In this document: positions 38,384-47,872 of the stretch, in pieces
Position numbering within the stretch: position 1 is the stretch's first letter
How the letters are laid out: each line of letters opens with the position of its first letter
IMG/VR virus record: IMGVR_UViG_2100351000_000014
Direction: 5' to 3' (one strand)
DNA length: 64,000 nt
DNA from: a virus
Notes under the pieces: model-generated
What the model was told of the DNA's origin: nothing
What the model saw: the letters and a program-made list of their open reading frames with translations, nothing else
Database searches by the model: none
Position numbers and translations under genes: made by a program

Positions 38384-38569
38384 TTACTTATTATGATAAT
38401 TGCTAGAACACGTAGTTTGCCCATATGGAGGATAATCACCGACAAGGGGACGCCAATATGGAACCCATTGAACATTATAAGGCCCTATATCAACAGGCCC
38501 ACACGGGCAATGGTCTAACTCTGGGCTATTCACTCTTCCGCATTTCGGGCATATCCATCCAATTGACAT
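38384..38569 (-). CDS. small zinc-ribbon protein
   Basis: GWICPKCGRVNSP...CPC. Confidence 0.6.
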   Translation of the reverse strand: MSIGWICPKCGRVNSPELDHCPCGPVDIGPYNVQWVPYWRPLVGDYPPYGQTTCSSNYHNK

Positions 38570-38595
38570 AGTATCTCCTTAATGGGCCTCTATAT

Positions 38596-38629
38596 ATTAT
38601 ATATCACTAAAGGACAAAAAATTGTACTA
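38596..38629 (-). promoter_or_regulatory. phage-specific promoter motif copy 5
   Basis: TAGTACAA-N15-TGATATATAAT. Confidence 0.7.
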
Positions 38630-38634
38630 CATTA

Positions 38635-38952
38635 TCAAAATGGCTTTGTAGACCTAAACTGTATACCGCGCGTATTCCTTTTGTCCCAATTTTTATCAAT
38701 GTACTTTTCAATTGTTGCATAATCGGTGTGCTCTTGCTTAACACAATCTCTTTCGTATCTGTATCTAACAATGGAGCCATCTTTGTGGATAACGTAAATC
38801 GGCTTACCGTTTATATCGATCTTGTCTTTTTTAGTATTTGCCTTTGTACCCTGATTAGTCCCGCCATCCTTGAAATGGCCACTAATATAAACAAATCCGG
38901 GCGTGTTAGACCATTTATTCCCGGGCTCCATAACTCTGCAATAATCGCTCAT
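38635..38952 (-). CDS. hypothetical protein
   Basis: 105-aa ORF. Confidence 0.5.
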   Translation of the reverse strand: MSDYCRVMEPGNKWSNTPGFVYISGHFKDGGTNQGTKANTKKDKIDINGKPIYVIHKDGSIVRYRYERDCVKQEHTDYATIEKYIDKNWDKRNTRGIQFRSTKPF

Positions 38953-39130
38953 TCTTTAGTTGCCTTCCCTTCTCATATTGTTTATTGCTCTCTCGACTAT
39001 ATCCATCGACTTATCCATCTCTTCATAACTATCACAAAGCGCATTCCCCGCAATCTTTAGAGCCTCATCATCGCAAGTCTCAAGATGGGCGCGCACAATC
39101 GAAAGTAGCTCGGATGAATTGCTAGACATT

Positions 39131-39391
39131 TTATCCCCCTATACTTTTAATATGCCGGTCAATTGCGCCACGGTACATTTCCCAACACACAAGGCAATCA
39201 GTCTTAGGCTCAGCCTTGGCCGCATAGTGGGGGTGATCTTCGCAATGATCGGGAATTGGCTCGGGCTTAGATGCTTCACCGCTAACCGGCTTAACGTATC
39301 CGCAAGCCCAACACTTATCGGCATTCTTTTCTGCCCATGGATTCCACGGAGAGCCGCATCGGGGGCAATACTCGTAACTAGGTTCACTCAT
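39131..39391 (-). CDS. zinc-ribbon hypothetical protein
   Basis: CPRCG, CWACG, C..H...C..C. Confidence 0.55.
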   Translation of the reverse strand: MSEPSYEYCPRCGSPWNPWAEKNADKCWACGYVKPVSGEASKPEPIPDHCEDHPHYAAKAEPKTDCLVCWEMYRGAIDRHIKSIGG

Positions 39392-39646
39392 TTACTTTAC
39401 CTCCTCATCGTCCATGTCGGCGAGTATGGCGGCGCAAAACGCATTCACAGCTTCCCGCTTAATGAGTCCTAAAGACAGATCGCAGGCTATCGCCTTCTGC
39501 GCCCTATCCGCACATCGCTCGCGCTCCTTGCGCAACTCGGCGTCAATCACAAAAGCAACGTTTTGCAACGAGTCTTTTTTATTATCGCCCCAATATGATG
39601 CAATGCCCTCGATGGCTTCCGCCAGTTCCTTAGCTCTCTTGCTCAT
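39392..39646 (-). CDS. hypothetical protein
   Basis: LRKERERCA motif, GGAGG RBS. Confidence 0.5.
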   Translation of the reverse strand: MSKRAKELAEAIEGIASYWGDNKKDSLQNVAFVIDAELRKERERCADRAQKAIACDLSLGLIKREAVNAFCAAILADMDDEEVK

Positions 39647-39971
39647 TTATTCCTCCTTACTATGATATACCGCCTCACTAGTTAAATGCCACTGTCCACA
39701 AACCGGGCATTTATAAGATCGGCACGGAATCTTTTTACCAACATGGCCCTTTAGATGATAAGAATGGAACTGGTTTATCACCGCGTTAGCTTCTCGTTGG
39801 CTTGGATAGCTTACCTTCTCACACGTATCAACCTCCCCTCATAATTGATACAAACCATCGAACTACGATAGCCGCAACTCCGCCTAGGCCAGCCACTAAA
39901 ATAAGGCCAATAATTCCTAACATGATATTAGCTATCACAGTAGCAAAGACGTTTTCTTTCTGTGCCATTCT

Positions 39972-40523
39972 CTACTCCTTAGTATCTACCATTTTACGCA
40001 TTTGCGCAAGGCCCTTCTCTAGCGTCGTATATACCCACTTCAAACTATAGCCGTACTTTTCAGAGATAGCCCATAGACCCATACCTTCCGACCACGAAAC
40101 AATCACCGCCCGCGTAAATGGCTTTAATTGTGATAAAAGGTCTTCTGTCAAAAGTTTGCTATCGATATACTCATCGAATGGCGTTGATTCATCCTCGATG
40201 ATATTAGCCACTCGCTCGCTCTCACCATCGTGATATACGTTAACGTCAAGCGACGATGCAAAGTTTTCAATCTCACGCGAGCCTCTGTAATAACTACTAC
40301 CTATCCTTTGTGCCCACCTAAACAAAGAAACACCGACGTAGTTGTCTACCGGCGTTTTTCGTGCGGGATTGTAATTCCTAAGGCAATGTATCATTTTAAT
40401 ATATAGTTCCTGCGATGCGTCCTCCCTTTCCTCTCGTGTCAATTTTACAGGGATTGAAGATACAGCTCTATCGATCATTGCGCTGTGACTTTTTACATAG
40501 TTTTCAATCTGTCGAGAATCCAT
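39972..40523 (-). CDS. sigma70-family RNA polymerase sigma factor
   Basis: region 2-like EDASQELYIKMIHCLRNYNP; region 4 HTH GMGLWAISEKYGYSLKWV. Confidence 0.7.
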   Translation of the reverse strand: MDSRQIENYVKSHSAMIDRAVSSIPVKLTREEREDASQELYIKMIHCLRNYNPARKTPVDNYVGVSLFRWAQRIGSSYYRGSREIENFASSLDVNVYHDGESERVANIIEDESTPFDEYIDSKLLTEDLLSQLKPFTRAVIVSWSEGMGLWAISEKYGYSLKWVYTTLEKGLAQMRKMVDTKE

Positions 40524-40606
40524 ACACTTACTTCCTTATCAAGTTTTATTCCTCCGAATATCATAACAGTTATAACATTATCAAAACAATTGCACAAGTA
40601 GGGTAT

Positions 40607-40680
40607 AGCCGTCTCTCGGGCTCGAACCGAAAACCTTGGGATTACAACTCCCCACGCTCTACCAATTGAGCTAAGACGGC
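40607..40680 (-). tRNA. tRNA-Thr (anticodon UGU), irregular anticodon stem
   Basis: GCCGTCT/AGACGGC acceptor, GCTC-AATTGGTA-GAGC D arm, loop GTTGTAA, TTCGAGC T loop. Confidence 0.8.
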
Positions 40681-41072
40681 ATAAACCCCGTAGCAAAATA
40701 CGGGGCTAGAATCTTTAATCCGGTCTAGGCCCAAGAATTGCAATAAACGGGCCTTCAAATCCATGCGCTACAAAATCATAATCGTTTTCAGTCTCAACAT
40801 TGATACTGTCGCCAGACCAGGAAAGATATACAATTTTTGAAACGTGTACTACCTTTCCCGGTTTGATCTTTACCCACTCCTCACTCACTCTTCACCTCCA
40901 CAAACTCCTTACACGGCGCGGCCATTTTCTTCCAGTCAAGCCACTTCACGGCCTCGTCCTCATCGTTGCGATTGTGCGGAAGCCTCGCGCACTTCTCACA
41001 CTGGGCCTTGACGCTTGGATTGCCCATACAGTTGCTAATCTTCATTTGTCCTCCTTATTTGATCTTGCCTTA

Positions 41073-41300
41073 CTATACCGATTTATCTTTATCAACGTCA
41101 ATAGGCTTACCACAAAAAACGCAATAATTCAACTCATTTATTTTCAATGCGTTTTTAGTATCCTGCAATACCCATCTATTCCCGCAATCAGTGTCATAAA
41201 CGTCCGATCTTTTATTCCAAGTCCATTTACATTTTTCCATTCTACTTGCCCCATGATTCAAGCAAATCTTTAGCCTCTTCGTATAGACAATATCCATCAC
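41073..41300 (-). CDS. zinc-ribbon hypothetical protein
   Basis: C.W....D.YDTDCG...YCVFCGKPI. Confidence 0.55.
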   Translation of the reverse strand: MMDIVYTKRLKICLNHGASRMEKCKWTWNKRSDVYDTDCGNRWVLQDTKNALKINELNYCVFCGKPIDVDKDKSV

Positions 41301-41424
41301 ATTCTATATCATCCCATATTGCAGTAAGATCAAAAACGGAATAAATATAAGGCGACCTTTCTTGCTTTGCCATTATGTCTACCATGGCTTTTAACAAAAC
41401 CTTAGCACGCTCAGAATAATCCAT
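41242..41424 (-). CDS. hypothetical protein
   Basis: GGAGG RBS. Confidence 0.5.
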   Translation of the reverse strand: MDYSERAKVLLKAMVDIMAKQERSPYIYSVFDLTAIWDDIECDGYCLYEEAKDLLESWGK

Positions 41425-41432
41425 ACAACCTC

Positions 41433-41912
41433 CTACCTATTCATTCCCTCTTTAACTCGATTGACATAGCTATAATCAATCCCGTATTTCCTAACGCCAT
41501 TAACGCCCTGATTATGAGCGGCTATCGCGGCGTCAATTGACTTCAATCTGTTATAGTTATCAACAAAAATGCGGGCGGTTAGATAAGCAGTATCGTGGGG
41601 ATTTTTATAATCATAGCTTCCATACTTTTTAGCACGCTCGGCATGATAGCTTTCACGGATTCCAAAACGCTCTTTGTCTAACGGGTCATGGTGCTTTATT
41701 CCGTCGCGCTCCTTACTCTCGGCCCACGCTATGCCCCGGATAATTGAAGCGGGTACTCCTGTAGCCTCTTGCGCCATTTCGTATATCGACCAGTTAACGC
41801 AAGGGTCGCGGATTGACATAGGCGATGGCGCGCTAGGCGGCTTATACAAAGTTGACGAGGTGCCTACCATTGCAAAAAAGATAACAGTTAGAATAAATAC
41901 AAATTTTTTCAC
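41433..41912 (-). CDS. soluble lytic transglycosylase (SLT) with N-terminal signal/anchor
   Basis: IAWAES catalytic Glu, AIAAHNQG (AYNAG-like), YVNRV. Confidence 0.75.
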   Translation of the reverse strand: MKKFVFILTVIFFAMVGTSSTLYKPPSAPSPMSIRDPCVNWSIYEMAQEATGVPASIIRGIAWAESKERDGIKHHDPLDKERFGIRESYHAERAKKYGSYDYKNPHDTAYLTARIFVDNYNRLKSIDAAIAAHNQGVNGVRKYGIDYSYVNRVKEGMNR

Positions 41913-41999
41913 TTTTGATACTCCTATTTTATTGACTCGATTATCGCCACGATAAAAAGTAGTACCGCCATGATAGCCATAGCGATACCACCTATCAAA

Positions 42000-42275
42000 T
42001 TAAACACACCAACCGCAACAGCCAAACGAAAGCCCTTCTTCTAGCTTATCGCAAATCTCTTCATACTCGATTAGATTGATTCCATACTTATCAAGCAATT
42101 CTTGTTTTGGTTTTTTATTAGGTGTAAAATGCATATCACCACATCCATACGGTTCAGCAGAACTAGGGTCTATATCTCCCTGTTCCCCGAAATCATCGCT
42201 ACTGGCATCAATGCCGTTGACTATAAAAGTAGTGCAATAGCAAAGGGCATGCCCAAACTCAAGCTCTAATGTCAT
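42000..42275 (-). CDS. conserved hypothetical protein
   Basis: GINDA...DFG...YGCG...SFGCCGWCV. Confidence 0.55.
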   Translation of the reverse strand: MTLELEFGHALCYCTTFIVNGIDASSDDFGEQGDIDPSSAEPYGCGDMHFTPNKKPKQELLDKYGINLIEYEEICDKLEEGLSFGCCGWCV

Positions 42276-42663
42276 GACTTACTCCTTATTTATAGGGTCG
42301 TCTGTAGCATTGCCCTGGGTATCCTTCAAGGCCTTTTGCGCATTGTGCAAATCTTCAAGCGCAAGGTGATGAGCGAAAGAAGTTTCCTCTACTCGATGCT
42401 CGCAATTGTGCCAAAGTTCAATAGCCTTGTCTAGCTTTTCTTGACGGGTCATCTCTCTTTACCTCCAAGATCGAACTGAATAGGCGAGAAGCCTTTGCAT
42501 TCCTGCTCAGGGTCATCCTCGCATCCTTCATTAACATGGATACAATCGAGGCAAGTCTCTTCAACCCCGCGCTCATTCGAGAGTATTGCATCGGTATACT
42601 CTTCCAAAAGCTCGAATGGTACACCATAGGCGAACATATCTCCACGGATTGCCTTAATATCTC

Positions 42664-42972
42664 TCATATATCATCCTCCTCTCGGCTATAATCCTCGGCT
42701 TCCCCGGCTTGCTCGATGCAAAGAGACTCGATCTCATCGAGGGCTGAAGTATAGGAATCATCGCTCCCCTTTGCCCCATACCGTACCTCATAAAGCTCAT
42801 CGAGAAAATCGATCATTTCAATGTCTTCCATCTTTACCGACTCTATTTCAAACTCGGCAGGGGCACCTGGATAGCCGCTTCTGTCACTATAATACATAAC
42901 GGCCCGCTCTTCCCCATGATAGGTGCCCTTGACAGTAAACTCAAGGCCACGGTAAATAATGTCAACGGTCAT
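42664..42972 (-). CDS. acidic hypothetical protein
   Basis: coupled ORF. Confidence 0.5.
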   Translation of the reverse strand: MTVDIIYRGLEFTVKGTYHGEERAVMYYSDRSGYPGAPAEFEIESVKMEDIEMIDFLDELYEVRYGAKGSDDSYTSALDEIESLCIEQAGEAEDYSREEDDI

Positions 42973-43168
42973 TTAGTTCTCCTTACTTGCTCTATCGGTT
43001 GGGCCGAATAAACTACAATCGCTTCAACGCTATCTTTCGTCAGTTGCCCTATCACTTTCTTTGATCGCCCATCGGGGAAATAGAGCTTTACCCATTGTGA
43101 ACCTTTTTGTTGCTCTAGGATTGTCCCGTTACGAGACACATACCGTACCATGTTTCCTCCATGCCGAT

Positions 43169-43197
43169 ATACTAGCATAGTGCGGTCTTATTGTCAA
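43169..43197 (-). promoter_or_regulatory. sigma70-type promoter
   Basis: TTGACA-17-TAGTAT. Confidence 0.6.
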
Positions 43198-43558
43198 TAG
43201 CGCCCTATCGAATGATCTTCATGATCGTATGGGTCTTCGTCTACAATATTTCGCTTCACCCACGCCTTCCACGCTTCAGGGTGAAACTTGCTCATATAAT
43301 CGCATACACAAAAAATAGAGAAGGCCACCGCAATGATGATAACAACTACGATCATATAAAACTCCTTAATCTTTATCGAAAGCCGCATGGAATATGGCAG
43401 TCTCGAGCAAAACAAGGATAAGATTCAACGCTGCCCCTTCCAGTCGATACCGCCATTATTAATCCATCCCCATCCTACAGCAGAAGTCACCATACCCAAG
43501 AGCCCCGCCACAATAATAGAAAGTACATTAGCCATATAACCCTCCTTAAAATGAATTA

Positions 43559-43631
43559 TGGACTTGGCCGGAATCGAACCGGCTACCTCAACCTTGCAAA
43601 GGTCGCGCTCTACCAATTGAGCTACAAGCCC
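43559..43631 (-). tRNA. tRNA-Ala (anticodon UGC)
   Basis: canonical cloverleaf with G3:U70 identity pair. Confidence 0.95.
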
Positions 43632-43813
43632 GGTTCCGCTCCACGCGGGAGCGGTAGGAATTACATACTAGGTGTTCGCTAAAGAACCGAAGCTAGCCCC
43701 GGCGATTGCATAGACCCCGGTTTGTCGTGCATATATCCGTACACGAGCGGCAAGGGGGATGCCTTCCTTTTGCGGCCATGCCCGCGATATGCCCTCTCAT
43801 ACGAGAGGAGATC

Positions 43814-43886
43814 TTAGGAGAGCGGGGCTTGAACCCGCAACATTGGGATTCAAAATCCCATGCTCTGCCAGTTGCGCTACCTCCTA
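43814..43886 (-). tRNA. tRNA-Gln (anticodon UUG)
   Basis: TAGGAGG/TCTCCTA acceptor, TGGGA-TTTTGAA-TCCCA, GCGGG-TTCAAGC-CCCGC. Confidence 0.9.
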
Positions 43887-44226
43887 TTGAATTACTTCCT
43901 ATTGCTCTTGTGATACTTCCTCAAGTACCTTCCGTGATATTTCCGATCATGTTCCTTTTGCCACATGCAACCAATTAGAACTATTACAAGCATGATCGGT
44001 AGAAGAAAATCAACCGGGCTCAAATCCAGCCTCCTCAAGTTTATCGATGATCTTCCCAAGCCGATAGGCCCACTCGACTCGCGTACAGGCCATGCTCAAA
44101 TCTATCATAGATAGTCCGCTATTTTGTGCCTCATCATTGTCGATAAGCCTATAATACATTTCGGCCATATCACACAGATTGTGCTGGACTTCTTTCAGGG
44201 CCTCAAGCTCTTCCATGGCTCTCTCC

Positions 44227-44400
44227 TTATGCCCACACTCTATCACGCTTCTTGCCCGCGTGTCTATAGCCCCGGTCCAAAATCTTATCGAAATCTTGCG
44301 ACTCATCGAACATGGGAACCGTGGTCATCTTCCCGCTAGCTCTGATTCCGGCCTCCGCAATAATCGCCCTCGCCATCTTCGCATCATAACGATTGCACAT
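44227..44400 (-). CDS. small hypothetical protein (MCNRYDAK...)
   Basis: AGGAGG RBS; 57 aa, below the ORF-track cutoff. Confidence 0.5.
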   Translation of the reverse strand: MCNRYDAKMARAIIAEAGIRASGKMTTVPMFDESQDFDKILDRGYRHAGKKRDRVWA

Positions 44401-44493
44401 AATTGCCTCCTGGCTTATCGCCGACTAGCGCTTCCTGTTTTCAGGTCGGCGCTAGTTTCGTCTCACAATTTTCAGAGACTCTTCAGGGCGACT

Positions 44494-44748
44494 TTACTTT
44501 CCTCCGCGTACCGTCTTTGTATCTTTCATGCTAACCCATGCAGAGTAAGGCTCACCACAATCTCGCCCATCCGATTCGAGCGCGTAGACAGTAACAGCGA
44601 TTCGATCTCCCAATGCCCTATTAGGTGTAAAACCTCTATCCCTAAGAGACTGGGCGGCAGTATCAACGGCCTCTAGCATCTCTTTCGTGTAGGGAGTATC
44701 CCCTTCAATGATCGGCCTCATGATCTTTATTCCGTTGTACATCTGCAT
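44494..44748 (-). CDS. small early hypothetical protein
   Basis: own TTGACA/TATAAT promoter at about 44782-44809. Confidence 0.55.
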   Translation of the reverse strand: MQMYNGIKIMRPIIEGDTPYTKEMLEAVDTAAQSLRDRGFTPNRALGDRIAVTVYALESDGRDCGEPYSAWVSMKDTKTVRGGK

Positions 44749-44834
44749 ACTTGCCTTCCTTCTCTCGCTCTTGATACTGTCATTATATCACATAGACTAA
44801 ACTTGTCAATAGAAAATCGTAAACTAAATTAGTC

Positions 44835-45050
44835 TTAATTATACGTGCAAGCCCAAACCGTGGTATACATATTAATATTGGGCTTATTGATAACTCCGCT
44901 AGGGCAATTCTCTATTAACTTCTCGCCAACGTCGAAACGCACCTTCTCGCCATTAACTTCATACCTAACTATTTGCAGGGGAGCCGAAATAGCACATACC
45001 TCAACCTTCTTGCCTTCTTTTATCATCTTGTAAATCTCGCTAGCTTTCAT
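44835..45050 (-). CDS. small early hypothetical protein
   Basis: own promoter 45078-45106. Confidence 0.55.
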   Translation of the reverse strand: MKASEIYKMIKEGKKVEVCAISAPLQIVRYEVNGEKVRFDVGEKLIENCPSGVINKPNINMYTTVWACTYN

Positions 45051-45077
45051 ATACGTTCCCCCCTAACTGATAAAACA

Positions 45078-45106
45078 AGTATAGCAAGTTTATTTTAAGC
45101 TGTCAA
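45078..45106 (-). promoter_or_regulatory. sigma70-type promoter
   Basis: TTGACA-17-TATACT. Confidence 0.75.
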
Positions 45107-45123
45107 TGATAAAATGTAAAAAA

Positions 45124-45399
45124 CTAGTTATTTTCCTTCTCCCATTCGCATTCCCGTTTCGCAAGATCGATAAGATATTGTTTTACCGATTTATAAGTGT
45201 CATCGCCAGTCGAATCGATAGAAAACTTGGGATTGCCATAAACCTGCCCATGATCGGAAACGCGAACAGTAAAAGAGTCTTCGCTATTCTGAACAAATCT
45301 ATAATAGCGCGAGCCAGTGGAGGCAATATCGAAGTCAAAACAAAGGTGCAACTTTTGCGCCAAGTTTTCAATCTGCCAACCAGTCCGCCTAACATTCAT
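45124..45399 (-). CDS. small early hypothetical protein
   Basis: ASTGSRYY...VRVSDH motif; GGAGG RBS. Confidence 0.6.
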   Translation of the reverse strand: MNVRRTGWQIENLAQKLHLCFDFDIASTGSRYYRFVQNSEDSFTVRVSDHGQVYGNPKFSIDSTGDDTYKSVKQYLIDLAKRECEWEKENN

Positions 45400-45466
45400 A
45401 TCGTTCCTCCCTTACTTGATAAAACAAGTATAGCACAGATTATTGACAAGTGTCAATAGGCAATAA

Positions 45467-45739
45467 TCAATTATTATAAATAAACAAAAAACGGTTATTA
45501 TTACAAGCGTCCATACTAATTTCATTTCCGTTAATATCTGTTAAATTATTTTCCCTAGCTATTTTTTTTATTGCGATAGATTCTTCGTCACTAAAATGAG
45601 CATTTGCATATCTAGTATTAACAAATATACACTGTTTATCACATAATACATTAATATGTACCTGAGCTTCAATTCTATATTTACGTATCTGCTCTCTGAT
45701 ATGCTTTGCTATTTCAGAATGCGTCATGTTCCTCTCCAT
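45467..45739 (-). CDS. small early hypothetical protein
   Basis: own promoter 45751-45779. Confidence 0.55.
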   Translation of the reverse strand: MERNMTHSEIAKHIREQIRKYRIEAQVHINVLCDKQCIFVNTRYANAHFSDEESIAIKKIARENNLTDINGNEISMDACNNNRFLFIYNN

Positions 45740-45750
45740 TCGATGATTTA

Positions 45751-45779
45751 GTTATACACCATCTCGGAAAGTCTGTCAA
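45751..45779 (-). promoter_or_regulatory. sigma70-type promoter
   Basis: TTGACA-17-TATAAC with TG extension. Confidence 0.75.
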
Positions 45780-46065
45780 CAAAAATCGAACATAAACTCA
45801 AATTATTTTTTTACTTTACTTTTGTGTAGTAATATGTACTCCATATACTCGCCATGGGACATTATTAAAGTAGTCGTCTTTTTATAACTACGTTGCCGAT
45901 CTTACAACATCGCTAACAAAATAAAGCATACTAAAATCTAGCTCCCTGCAAAAGTCTCATTACGACCCATAAAGCGAGCAACGCAAGCCCGGTCACAAAG
46001 CCATAGAAAAAATTAGCGATACAAACTGGTAGTTTCATTTTAGCCTCCAGTTTTATTATCGGCCT

Positions 46066-46578
46066 TCACCTGGTTTGCTTAGATATTTTTTCTTTGATTC
46101 TGTTTACTTTGGTTCCTATCCTTTGCCTTGTTACCCCGCGCTGCTTTCCTATCTCGGAATAGGTATAACCGCTCGCCAGTTTTCGGATGATCGCACATTC
46201 ATCGGGGTTGATTATACCCTTAGATAGCATTATATCAATTGTGAGATAATAATCACTAGACCACTCGGAAGCGCCTTCTATCTCCTCTTCCTGCTTATAG
46301 TCAAGACCATTATAGTTCTGCCTGAAAATTATAGTTCGCCTACCGCTGAAGTAGTTTGAAATCTCTCCCCTAATATACTTAGTCGCAAGCGCTTGCAACG
46401 TGTATCCCTTGCTCTCATCGAAGTCGCAAATAGCATGATACAGCCCCATCATGCAATCTATTTTAAGATCATCCATTTCGTCATAACTTAGGCCATGGCT
46501 ATACTTATTTGTTAGCCGATAAACTATAAACATATATTTCTTTATTTCCGCGTCCATTGCTCTAGATGCTAAAATCAT
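46066..46578 (-). CDS. sigma70-family sigma factor (SigB/F/FliA-like region 2)
   Basis: DDL..DCMMGLYHAICDFDESKGYT...ATKYIRGEI; HTH GYTYSEIGKQRGVTRQRI. Confidence 0.85.
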   Translation of the reverse strand: MILASRAMDAEIKKYMFIVYRLTNKYSHGLSYDEMDDLKIDCMMGLYHAICDFDESKGYTLQALATKYIRGEISNYFSGRRTIIFRQNYNGLDYKQEEEIEGASEWSSDYYLTIDIMLSKGIINPDECAIIRKLASGYTYSEIGKQRGVTRQRIGTKVNRIKEKISKQTR

Positions 46579-46602
46579 TTTATGCCTTACTAAGTAAAAG
46601 TT

Positions 46603-46920
46603 TTACCACAAATCCTCGCTAGCTAATTGTGGTTTCCAGTTGTCTACATTTATTTCAAGCCCCACTAGTTCGCATGGTTTATATTCTTGCTTCTCGCATT
46701 GCCTGCAAGCGAGCGCTTCATAGTATGCCTGTTCGCGGTTAAGAAATTGAAGCTTGTCATTTATGAATCCCTGTTCACAATTAAAATGAAGTCGCCTAGC
46801 CGGTTCATAGTCAACGCCCATCTTTTTATTTATTGAGATGATATTAGCAAAGCAATCACCGTGCCGCTTGCCCACAAAGACGCTACCATCGACTAGCTTT
46901 ATTGCGGATGCTACTATCAT
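46603..46920 (-). CDS. conserved hypothetical phage protein
   Basis: IVASAI...GKRHGDC...QGFIND...FLNREQAY..A...Q...L.SEDLW. Confidence 0.6.
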   Translation of the reverse strand: MIVASAIKLVDGSVFVGKRHGDCFANIISINKKMGVDYEPARRLHFNCEQGFINDKLQFLNREQAYYEALACRQCEKQEYKPCELVGLEINVDNWKPQLASEDLW

Positions 46921-47105
46921 TTCCCCTCCTCGAATAGTTCCAATTGGCTTTCATCTTCCTGTTCCATTTCCTTTACAGTTGCAACTATATGCCTAGACTT
47001 GTGTATACACGGATGCAATATGTTTTCACAAATTGGCCCGGTTCCCCTTGCAATTGATTCCGGGTCTTTAAGTTTACGGCCACAAACTAGGCAACGGGAA
47101 AACAT

Positions 47106-47270
47106 CTAGGCCCTTTTATTCCATGCTTCAATTGCGTATTCTCTTGTCCAGTCGGTTTCAACTAGTCCCAATCCGCACTTATGGCATTTAACACGATACC
47201 CAATTCCACTATTATACTCTAGTTTTATTTCTTTGTTGCCACAGCATGAACATGGTTTTAGCTCTTCCAT
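47106..47270 (-). CDS. Lar-like restriction alleviation protein (second copy)
   Basis: hand translation MEELKPCSCCG...VKCHKCG...AIEAWNKRA; AGGAG RBS. Confidence 0.7.
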   Translation of the reverse strand: MEELKPCSCCGNKEIKLEYNSGIGYRVKCHKCGLGLVETDWTREYAIEAWNKRA

Positions 47271-47272
47271 AT

Positions 47273-47872
47273 TTACTCCTTAATTCCGGGCCTATGAATT
47301 AGGCTCTTGTCCCATGCGGGTAGATTGTTAACATTTTCCAAATAAACCCGTATGAAAGAATCGGAGACACAAATATATCGGCTAGTATATGAATACGTTT
47401 CAAGTTCTGGGCATTCCCGATATGCCCACACTTTGCCATCTTTGTCAATTGCTACCCAATTGTAGTTATCTGGTATCTTGTCCCAATCGACATAACTATC
47501 TGGCTCTCGATGGACAAGAGTGGACATATTAAAGTTAGCCAATGCCTCCTTGCTAGCAGCATAGTGCCACTTCCCATCGTAATCACGGCAAGCCAAATCA
47601 AGACAACCTTTATCGTCCCAATTAGGCCCTACCTGATTTCCATTAAGATAGTTAACCCATTCATTTACTTTGGAATATGGTATACAACTATCAGAAACAA
47701 GAGTTATAATAGTTTCAGCCCTATCACCGATAATTCCCGTACATGATTGTATTTCAATATGGGATTCCTCGCCCTCCGCTTTCTTTCTCTCATCATGCAA
47801 TATCGAAAACTCCATTTGATTTTCCTCGCACTTGTTTTTCTGTTCACGGATCTTCAATTCAATGTCGGTCAT
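47273..47872 (-). CDS. hypothetical protein
   Basis: 199-aa ORF; NWVAIDKDGKVWAY motif. Confidence 0.6.
   Translation of the reverse strand: MTDIELKIREQKNKCEENQMEFSILHDERKKAEGEESHIEIQSCTGIIGDRAETIITLVSDSCIPYSKVNEWVNYLNGNQVGPNWDDKGCLDLACRDYDGKWHYAASKEALANFNMSTLVHREPDSYVDWDKIPDNYNWVAIDKDGKVWAYRECPELETYSYTSRYICVSDSFIRVYLENVNNLPAWDKSLIHRPGIKE

Noticed and set aside
44010-44306. 98-aa ORF as given in the track
   Set aside because: The 5' part overlaps a better RBS-supported 57-aa ORF (44227-44400); the real gene likely starts at MEELEAL near 44216
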